DNA of 9,842 bases from an archaeon (GTDB lineage: Archaea; Iainarchaeota; Iainarchaeia; Iainarchaeales; CSSED10-239), in NCBI GenBank assembly GCA_041677685.1, contig JBAYPN010000026.1, positions 1-9,842 on the forward strand, in the 5' to 3' direction. The notes beneath the pieces were generated by a model that saw nothing but the letters and a program-made list of their open reading frames with translations, did not search any database and was not told where the DNA came from. Both the position numbers and the translations under genes were made by a program. Shown piece after piece: positions 1-5,981 of the stretch. The first letter of the stretch is position 1; each line of letters opens with the position of its first letter.

Positions 1-44
1 CTTAAATTATTATTAGTAAGCAAAATCTATAATTCTATTTTTTT

Positions 45-127
45 GCAGAGGTGACGGAGTGGTCAAACGTGCTAGCCTGCTAAGCTAGAGTCTTTGGACT
101 ACACGGGTTCGAATCCCGTCCTCTGCG
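45..127 (+). tRNA. tRNA-Ser(GCU), class II with long variable arm, CCA not encoded
   Basis: Hand-folded cloverleaf. Acceptor GCAGAGG/CCTCTGC has 7/7 pairs. D-stem ACG/CGT. Anticodon stem CTAGC/GCTAG with loop CTGCTAA (anticodon GCT). Variable arm AGTC-TTTG-GACT. T-arm ACGGG-TTCGAAT-CCCGT. Discriminator is G. Confidence 0.9.
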
Positions 128-180
128 TAACCGGTTTCGCTCGGTTAATGCGCAATGGTTGTAAGCAGTTGACACCCAAT
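81..180. repeat. Left copy of a perfect 100-bp direct repeat (candidate attL): 3' 47 nt of tRNA-Ser plus 53 nt of downstream tail
   Basis: 81-180 is base-for-base identical to 4368-4467 (offset 4287). Weaker similarity extends 5 more bp leftward (CCTGC vs CTTGT, two C-to-T differences). Identity stops at ...acccaat, followed by ggtaag on the left and agattc on the right. Confidence 0.9.
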
Positions 181-825
181 GGTAAGCAGTTTGCTGTAAG
201 TAGCTTTAAACAGTGGCTTTATAACAAAAAGTTTGTAAAAGACTATGAAGTTGGATTAATTAACAAATTATCCTTATTATTTGTAAAAGAGCAAAAACAT
301 ACGTATACTTTTTCTGAGCTATCTGATATAATTAAAATAAAATTAGAACAGATAAATGAAGACAAATATCTTAATAGATTAGTAAGACAGATCTTAAATT
401 ATTTGTTAGAAAGTGATATTGTATCTGATAATGATGTGTCTTATATTAAAAAGAAATTAAAAACTAAGCAATATAATGCTGATAACTATGTACCTACAGA
501 CTATGAAATACAGCAAACCCTTTTACAATTAACTCTAAAAAATCTTAAGGAAATGGGTTTAAATGAAAAAGAACTTTCTCAATTTAAGGAATATTGGATT
601 CCTGAACTTAATGGTTCTAAATATTATGTTATAAAATTATTATCTGATGATTTTTTATCTGAAAATATGAATCTTTTAGTATCTCCAACTCCAGATACAA
701 TGATAAGGTTAAATTTTTATTTTAAGGGTGTAGATAATATTGTTAAGTTAGAAGAGCCTGTTATTACAACCCCTGTAAGAAATGGTTTTACTGTTGTTGA
801 ATGGGGTGGAATCTTAGAAGAGTGA
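148..825 (+). CDS. Hypothetical protein in the integrase position of the island; possible degenerate SSV-type tyrosine recombinase (core-binding domain plus mutated box I, no C-terminal catalytic half)
   Basis: This is track ORF 94-825. I prefer the first in-frame ATG at 148, because the TTG at 94 lies inside the tRNA. The frame is open from 76, through the tRNA T-arm (TGSNPV = acg ggt tcg aat ccc gtc). NADNYVPTDYEIQQTLLQL followed by EMGLNEKELSQFKEY resembles the xDxY[IV]PTxxEIxxTLxL ... G[VL]RxxE[IL] region of archaeal integrases, but with Asn where the catalytic Arg is expected. I saw no HxxR or catalytic Tyr region. Confidence 0.55.
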   Translation: MRNGCKQLTPNGKQFAVSSFKQWLYNKKFVKDYEVGLINKLSLLFVKEQKHTYTFSELSDIIKIKLEQINEDKYLNRLVRQILNYLLESDIVSDNDVSYIKKKLKTKQYNADNYVPTDYEIQQTLLQLTLKNLKEMGLNEKELSQFKEYWIPELNGSKYYVIKLLSDDFLSENMNLLVSPTPDTMIRLNFYFKGVDNIVKLEEPVITTPVRNGFTVVEWGGILEE

Positions 826-1133
826 TATCTTTTTTTTCTTTTTTCCTCTTCTTTCTTTTTTCTCTTCTTCTTTTTTATTTTTTTGGTCTAATTTTAATTA
901 ATCTTTTTTTCATTAACTCTTTCTCTCAAAACAATTATTTTTGTTATATTGTAAAGCATAATTTTTAAAAAGGCTTTGTTACTTTAAATATAATAGTTGT
1001 TATGTTTTTCTAAAATATTTAGATAAAAAAGAAAAAATCAAAAAGCAAAAAAAACCAAAAAGTAAAAAATAAAATAAAAAAAACTAAAAAAAATAAAATA
1101 AAAGAAATAAAAAAAATAAAAGGTTTTTAATAT

Positions 1134-1727
1134 ATGAAAAAAGATATTACAGTTACTAAAACAAAGAAAGAAACATTAACAATTACAAAAGCAAAGAAAA
1201 AAGATGTTCTTGCAATATACAATTTACAAAAAAACCAGATCCTGGATTTTAATTCTAAGATAAATCATAAGGAAGTTACAGATAACGGTTTTCTAGTTTA
1301 TGAACTATCAATTGATGATTTTTTAAAAGCTGTAAGTTGTAGAAATACTTTTCTTTTTGTTGCAAAAAATAAAGAAGATGTGGTTGGTTATTTTCTTGCA
1401 TACAGTTTAAAAAAATATATTAAACTTAATCCTTCTTTTATAGAAGAAATTGATGTTTCAGGGGATATTTTAAAAGAAAACAAAGTTCTTTTTGGAAAAC
1501 AGTTAGTCTCAAATAGATCTTTTCCAAAGATTGGTGAGTCTTTAAACAAAGAGATGTTCAAGCACACTAAGTCTTTAGGTTTTACTCTCTACATTTGTGA
1601 GATTTTAGAAAAACCAATTAGAAATAAAAGATCTATTGAAAAACATCTCTCTCTTAATCTAAAAAAAATAGGAACCCACAAAGATGATGAAGATCTTCTT
1701 TGGGGTATTTATTCAAAGAAGCTTTAA
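1134..1727 (+). CDS. GNAT-family N-acetyltransferase-like protein
   Basis: 197-aa ORF with an ATG start. GNAT-like layout: ITKAKKKDVLAIYNL (N-terminal strand/helix), NGFLVYELSIDDFLKAV, VVGYFLAY (beta-4-like), and a C-terminal NKRSIEKHLSLNLKKIG resembling the N..S...H.k.GF motif. The Q/RxxGxG/A motif is not canonical. Confidence 0.55.
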   Translation: MKKDITVTKTKKETLTITKAKKKDVLAIYNLQKNQILDFNSKINHKEVTDNGFLVYELSIDDFLKAVSCRNTFLFVAKNKEDVVGYFLAYSLKKYIKLNPSFIEEIDVSGDILKENKVLFGKQLVSNRSFPKIGESLNKEMFKHTKSLGFTLYICEILEKPIRNKRSIEKHLSLNLKKIGTHKDDEDLLWGIYSKKL

Positions 1728-1945
1728 TTTAGTTTAAATCTTCTTTTTATTTCTTTACCATCTGAGATTTGGTTTATCAGTTGGCTGTTTCCCATAAGAT
1801 AAGTGTTTGCACTCTCAAGGGAGTTTATAACATTTGTTTTCTTACCAATCTCTATTTCAACAGAAAGATATTTGATCAAGTCTCTTAGGCCTGCAAGATT
1901 AATAGCTCCTGCCTCATATTTACTGTAAAGAGATTTTAATATCAT
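1724..1945 (-). CDS. Hypothetical small protein; possibly the 3' remnant of a longer decayed gene
   Basis: 73-aa ORF convergent with, and 4 bp overlapping, the GNAT gene. The same frame stays open upstream to 2089 without any ATG/GTG/TTG. It continues past an in-frame TAA (2090-2092) for about 35 more codons. No motif recognised. Confidence 0.3.
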   Translation of the reverse strand: MILKSLYSKYEAGAINLAGLRDLIKYLSVEIEIGKKTNVINSLESANTYLMGNSQLINQISDGKEIKRRFKLN

Positions 1946-2027
1946 TTCTCTTGCTTGTTTAGTTTCTGCAACAGTTCCAAATGTTTTTAGTTGATTTTTA
2001 ATAATCTCGTTAAACTTTATAGATTGG

Positions 2028-2249
2028 ATGTTTGCAATTTCTTTGTTTATATGTCTTGCTTTATTTTTATTTTCAAAATATTTAGCCTCTTATGACAAAG
2101 AAATATATCTTAAATCTTTCAATTGGTTTTTAATAACCTTAGGGGGTTCTATCTTAATGCTCTTCTTGTTTGGAATGACTGGTGTTTTTGAGGTTTACTT
2201 TTTTGTTTTTCTCTCAATCTTTTTATTAATACTTAATAGACATAAATAA
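2028..2249 (+). CDS. Hypothetical small membrane protein (two or three hydrophobic segments); may be spurious
   Basis: 73-aa, very hydrophobic, T-rich ORF. Its 5' end overlaps the open minus-strand frame 1724-2089, so only one of the two is likely to be real. Confidence 0.25.
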   Translation: MFAISLFICLALFLFSKYLASYDKEIYLKSFNWFLITLGGSILMLFLFGMTGVFEVYFFVFLSIFLLILNRHK

Positions 2250-2315
2250 TTTATAGATAAAGAAAGTTATTACTTCTTTTTAAAAGCTTATCTGATATAA
2301 ATATATATATACATT

Positions 2316-2398
2316 GCAGGGTTTCCCGAGCGGTCAAACGCGCTAGCCTGCTAAGCTAGAGTCTCACGACTACCTGGGTTCAAATCCCAGTCTCTGCG
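2316..2398 (+). tRNA. tRNA-Ser(GCU)-like gene with chimeric Leu/Ser architecture; possibly a tRNA pseudogene
   Basis: Anticodon arm CTAGC-CTGCTAA-GCTAG is identical to tRNA-Ser 45-127. Variable arm AGTC-TCAC-GACT and T-arm CTGGG-TTCAAAT-CCCAG are sound, and the discriminator is G. However, nt 1-23 are identical to nt 1-23 of tRNA-Leu (9140-9162). This leaves the D-stem as CCC vs CGC (1 of 3 pairs) and the acceptor stem with G5-T and a T7-T mismatch. Confidence 0.6.
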
Positions 2399-2553
2399 CT
2401 TTAACTTTTCGCCAGGTTGACAGGTATTTGTTTTAACCTGTAAATTGATTTAACTATTTTTTTGAAAAAAATATATTTGTAAAGTATTTTGTGTTTTGTA
2501 TATAAAAATAAAAAAATACCTTATATCTTTAAAAATATTATGATGTAAAATTT

Positions 2554-3550
2554 GGACTTGTAGAAATCCTATTCAGAAATAAACATCCACAAACAAAATA
2601 CTTTTTGTTTGTATTTTCCAAGTATTGTTATATTGTATGCTAATACTTTCAAGATAACCTGCTTTTGCTGGTTATCTTGCTTTCTTGAAGTTACAAAATC
2701 TCCAAACCTTCTTTTTACTTCCGATATTACCGATTCAACTATCGATCTTTTCCGATACACATTTTTTCTAAATCTTTTTTTTGCTTTAATTTTTTTTTTT
2801 TGTTATCCGTTCTAGTTTTTCCAAAGCATCTAAAGTCAATATGATTTTTAATATTATTATCCCAACAAAACTCTCTAAGTTCTATTGAGTCACATCCTCT
2901 ATCCGCTAAAACACAACTAAGCTTTTGTTTTATTGGTTTTATGGGTGGAATAAAAAAATGCGAATCATGTTTTCTATGATTATATGTTTCAATATTTAAA
3001 ATAAGCTTTGTATATAAATCTTTTAATATATGTGTGTTAATATAGTTTTTATATCCTTTATTAACACCATATTTATTTTGATAGTACATTGATGGGTGTG
3101 TGTTGTCAAATCCTGTTCCATCAATTGCAGATTTAATATTTGTTAAATTTAATATTTTATAACACACCCTTACTAGCTTTGCCAGTAAGTCTTTATCAAA
3201 TCTTGAAATAAACTTTTGTAAGGTTGTAAAGTGTGGTATTTTAACAAACTTAACATCTGTCTGATGTTAAGGTTATCTGCAAGCTCTATAAGTCCTCTGT
3301 AGGATTGTTTATATTTTTCTTTTAAAACAAGTAAAAACACATGTACAAAGTTATTGTATATCCCATTTAAGTATTTAGAAAATCTAAAAGGTAGTCTACT
3401 TTCACTAAATACTCTCTCAACCATCTTATAGAAACCAATAAAAAATATTTGTTTTAATATTATATTGTTCATATTTATCAAATAATATATAGATGCAAAT
3501 CTATGTATTATTTATGGACACTTTAAGAAAAAGAAGGGTTTTACAAGCCC
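2554..3550 (-). mobile_element. Decayed insertion sequence, IS4/IS5 superfamily (IS903-like features: about 1 kb, GG-initiated inverted repeats, about 9-bp target duplication)
   Basis: Terminal inverted repeats are GGACTTGTAGAA (2554-2565) and the reverse complement of 3539-3550, GGGCTTGTAAAA (10/12 match). Flanking direct repeats are GTAAAATTT (2545-2553) and GTAAAAATTT (3551-3560). The element encloses the fragmented DDE transposase. Confidence 0.7.
2569..3481 (-). pseudogene. DDE transposase (IS4/IS5-type, DDE_Tnp_1-like) split by two frameshifts
   Basis: Three consecutive minus-strand ORFs in different frames. 3173-3481 carries the N-terminal SYRGLIELADNLNIRQ segment; the KIPHFTTLQKFISRF motif is readable only after a frame change near 3240-3260. 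2739-3167 carries AIDGTGF (D1) and VLADRGCDS (D2). 2569-2760 carries YRKRSIVESVISEVKRRFG (E). The second shift can be repaired by slippage in the A12 run (T12 on the plus strand, 2790-2801). Confidence 0.8.
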
Positions 3551-3589
3551 GTAAAAATTTAATGTTAAATTAGGTTTTGGTGGATAGAA

Positions 3590-4327
3590 ATGAATAATGC
3601 TATTAAAGAACAATATGATATTAAAGCAAATAAGTATAATTCTTTAAGAGAGGTTCTTCATGTAAAGTATGTTAAAAGACCTTCGATTGAAGCTTATTTT
3701 TCCTTTAATTTAAAAGGTAAAAGAGTATTAGATTTAGCTTGTGGTGAAGGTGAGATGAGTAGATATTTGTATAAGAAAGGAGCAATTGTGACTGGGTTAG
3801 ATAACTCTAAGGAACTAATATCTATTGCTAAAGATAAAAATATAAAATTTGACACAGATATAAATTATCTGCATGGAGATGGCTTTAAACTACAAAATAT
3901 TAATCAAAAATTTGATTTTATTGTAGGGATTTATTTTCTAAATTATGTTTCTTCTAAAAGAAAATTAAATGATTTTTTAAAATTATCAAAAAACTTTCTA
4001 AAATCTGATTCAAAAATGATTTTTTTAATTCCTGATTATGATTTCAGAAAATATTATAATAATTATGGTATAGAATCTTTTACACCTAAAAACGAAGGAG
4101 ATAAACTTAAGTTTAAAATATTTCATGATGATGGGCAACTTGGAATCGAATTAGAATGTTTTTATTGGAAAATGAAAACTTATGAAACTGCATTTAAAGA
4201 TGCAGGCTTTAAATTTAGAGAACATGCTTTAATAATTTCACAAGAAGGTCTAAAAAAATATAGTACTAAATTTTGGACTGAATTGAAAGCAAATCCGATC
4301 TTCAAAATCTATGAACTTAGTTTGTAG
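3590..4327 (+). CDS. Class I SAM-dependent methyltransferase
   Basis: 245-aa ORF. Motif I is VLDLACGEGEMS (from 3725), followed by an acidic residue after beta-2 (TGLDNS) and post-I/II-like HGDGFKL ... FDFIVGIYFLNYV. A GGTGGA Shine-Dalgarno-like element (3579-3584) lies 5 nt upstream of the ATG. Confidence 0.85.
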   Translation: MNNAIKEQYDIKANKYNSLREVLHVKYVKRPSIEAYFSFNLKGKRVLDLACGEGEMSRYLYKKGAIVTGLDNSKELISIAKDKNIKFDTDINYLHGDGFKLQNINQKFDFIVGIYFLNYVSSKRKLNDFLKLSKNFLKSDSKMIFLIPDYDFRKYYNNYGIESFTPKNEGDKLKFKIFHDDGQLGIELECFYWKMKTYETAFKDAGFKFREHALIISQEGLKKYSTKFWTELKANPIFKIYELSL

Positions 4328-4367
4328 ATTTTATTTCTCTAAAATCACTTAATTTATCTACCCTTGT

Positions 4368-4414
4368 TAAGCTAGAGTCTTTGGACTACACGGGTTCGAA
4401 TCCCGTCCTCTGCG
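4368..4414 (+). other. Orphan 3' fragment of tRNA-Ser(GCU) (anticodon-loop 3' side through discriminator), not a functional tRNA
   Basis: Matches tRNA positions 37-83 of the gene at 45-127. No acceptor 5' strand or D-arm lies upstream. Confidence 0.9.
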
Positions 4415-4467
4415 TAACCGGTTTCGCTCGGTTAATGCGCAATGGTTGTAAGCAGTTGACACCCAAT
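4368..4467. repeat. Right copy of the perfect 100-bp direct repeat (candidate attR)
   Basis: Identical to 81-180. It is preceded by unrelated sequence (the methyltransferase 3' flank) rather than a tRNA 5' half. Confidence 0.9.
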
Positions 4468-4544
4468 AGATTCTCTGAGTTAACAGATGATTTTATTTAA
4501 GATTTTAAAATATATTGGTAATTGATTGAAAATTTTGATTTGTT

Positions 4545-5066
4545 ATGGATTATTTAAAATTAAATGATGTTGAGAAAAAGAATTTTTTAAAAAAATTTGT
4601 TTTTAAAGATATTGTTGGCAAGAAAATATCAGATATAATTATTCCTGATAGACATTATTGCTCAAGATATGTTGTAGCTTGTGCAAAAACAATCTATAAT
4701 TGGAAAAAAGAGTATACAGAGATTTCAGGAAATGCATGGAATTTAAGATATAATCCAAATTATAAAGTTGTTTATTCTTTTAAAGGTGGAAAAAAATTAG
4801 ATCTTGAAACATTAAGACCTGGAATGTTTTTATTAGTGTATAATAAATTAAGCTTGTATAATGGAATTAAAGATAAAGAAAATAACCTTATAGACTATAC
4901 ACATGTTATTCTTTATGTTGGAAAAATAGATTCTAAGTTATATTTTATGCACATGTATGATAGTTATTCTGAATTAATAGACTTTGAGGGACTATTTTCA
5001 AAGACTGGAAAATATTTTGAAAATGAGTTTGAAATAAAAGAAGTTTTAAGCTATGTTGGAGAGTAG
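4545..5066 (+). CDS. NlpC/P60-like papain-fold cysteine peptidase/amidase (putative)
   Basis: 173-aa ORF. The motif order is typical of NlpC/P60: HYCSRYV (Cys nucleophile context), LRPGMFLLVYN (the xPGDhhhf equivalent), and YTHVILYVGK ... YFMHMY (His residues). Confidence 0.5.
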   Translation: MDYLKLNDVEKKNFLKKFVFKDIVGKKISDIIIPDRHYCSRYVVACAKTIYNWKKEYTEISGNAWNLRYNPNYKVVYSFKGGKKLDLETLRPGMFLLVYNKLSLYNGIKDKENNLIDYTHVILYVGKIDSKLYFMHMYDSYSELIDFEGLFSKTGKYFENEFEIKEVLSYVGE

Positions 5067-5209
5067 AATACTTTTCAGAATTGACAAAAATTATTTTTTA
5101 AAATTTAATTTAATCATTATATGTAATTTATAATTTAGAAAGAAAGCAGGTTACTTACAAACATAAGAAAAAATACCTACCTAGTTTCCAAATTATTTAA
5201 TTTAACTAA

Positions 5210-5824
5210 TCAACAAGAACCTTCATGAACAATTGGGATGTCTCCAGCTACACATGGATTTGAGTAAGTAACTCCATTTTCTCCACATACAGGGTTAAAC
5301 TCTCTTGTACATGCTTTATCTTGATAGATATACTTTCCAGCTTCACATTCTCCTCTGTAAAACATCCATTCTTCACACTCTGAATTGTCTTGAAAAACAC
5401 AAACTCCATATTCTCCATTTTGTGAGCTTCTGATATCTACAGTTCCGTTATTATCTTCACAAAATTCTGATGCTGGGTTTGCAAGTTGTGTAGTTTCACA
5501 TTCTCCTTGGTATTCAATTTCTACATCCCCTGCCATACATGCATTTCCGTATGTTACTCCATCAACTCCACATACTGGCATGTACTCTAAGGTGCAGATC
5601 TTATTTTCTTCTAAGTTTTCACATTCTCCTTGGTATTCAATTTCTACATCCCCTGCCATACATGCATTTCCGTATGTTACTCCATCAACTCCACATACTG
5701 GCATGTACTCTAAGGTGCAGGCTTTATAATCATTAGTATTTCCAGGTTTTTGAACAACAAGTAAAATTGCAAGAGCAATTCCAATTAGAAAAACAATTCC
5801 AATTAAATAATATATTTTTTTCAT
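5210..5824 (-). CDS. Membrane-anchored or secreted protein with three Kazal-like inhibitor domains and a central DUF333 (COG3042-like) domain
   Basis: I prefer the ATG at 5824 (MKKIYYLIGIVFLIGIALAILLVV signal/anchor) because AAAGGAGAT lies 7-8 nt upstream; the track start at 5866 has no such element. Two identical CTLEYMPVCGVDGVTYGNACMAGDVEIEYQGEC modules and one CTREFNPVCGENGVTYSNPCVAGDIPIVHEGSC module fit the Kazal-like pattern C..PVCG.DG.TY.N.C......G.C. NPASEFCEDNNGTVDI...GVCVFQDNSECEEWMFYRGEC fits DUF333. Confidence 0.85.
   Translation of the reverse strand: MKKIYYLIGIVFLIGIALAILLVVQKPGNTNDYKACTLEYMPVCGVDGVTYGNACMAGDVEIEYQGECENLEENKICTLEYMPVCGVDGVTYGNACMAGDVEIEYQGECETTQLANPASEFCEDNNGTVDIRSSQNGEYGVCVFQDNSECEEWMFYRGECEAGKYIYQDKACTREFNPVCGENGVTYSNPCVAGDIPIVHEGSC
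5494..5720. repeat. Perfect 104-bp intragenic duplication (5494-5597 and 5617-5720), period 123 bp = 41 codons
   Basis: The two copies are identical base for base and separated by 19 bp. Each encodes one Kazal-like module. Confidence 0.95.
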
Positions 5825-5981
5825 AAGTTTAATCTCCTTTTTAGTTATTATAAATAGTCTAAGCAAAAGCTATTATAAATAGATATTTTAGATTAGGTTT
5901 TTCCCTTATTATATATTTTGCTAAAGTGTTATTTTGTAATACCTATTAATACTTATAAATATTTTGTAATATATATAATAA

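Noticed and set aside
94-147. Track start (TTG at 94) for the first ORF, inside the tRNA-Ser T-arm
   Set aside because: A start codon within a mature tRNA is implausible, and the first ATG in frame is at 148. The open frame across the tRNA is noted as a finding but is not taken as translated sequence.
1021-1130. Lys-rich open frame (IKKKKSKSKKNQKVKNKIKK...) in the A-rich tract
   Set aside because: It has no start codon. It is a simple consequence of poly-A composition.
2090-2092. In-frame TAA as evidence for stop-codon reassignment
   Set aside because: TAA, TAG and TGA all terminate well-supported genes in this window (for example TAA at the DPP III gene, TAG at the methyltransferase and TGA at the Kazal gene). 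A decayed gene is the simpler explanation.
2539-2580. C/D-box sRNA-like ATGATGT ... TTCAGA near the IS end
   Set aside because: The C box is imperfect, there is no true CTGA D box, and there are no terminal stem or guide features. The sequence is explained by the IS flank and inverted repeat.
2609-2815. 68-aa plus-strand ORF
   Set aside because: It is antisense to the transposase fragments and inside the IS. It is T-rich and low-complexity (F/L-rich), which is typical of a shadow ORF.
4321-4500. Open frame reading through the right repeat copy, considered as the Int(N) half of a partitioned SSV-type integrase
   Set aside because: Only 16 codons are open upstream of the repeat and none is ATG/GTG/TTG. 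From the internal ATG it would encode just 21 aa (MRNGCKQLTPNRFSELTDDFI). There is no support for a real gene.
5494-5720. Possible CRISPR-like or other non-coding repeat array
   Set aside because: There are only two copies. They are in frame within a CDS, encode a recognisable protein domain, and have no spacer/repeat architecture.
5539-5736. 65-aa plus-strand ORF with an internal repeat (MHFRMLLHQLHILACTLRC twice)
   Set aside because: It is antisense to the Kazal-domain gene, and its repeat is just the reverse reading of the 104-bp duplication.
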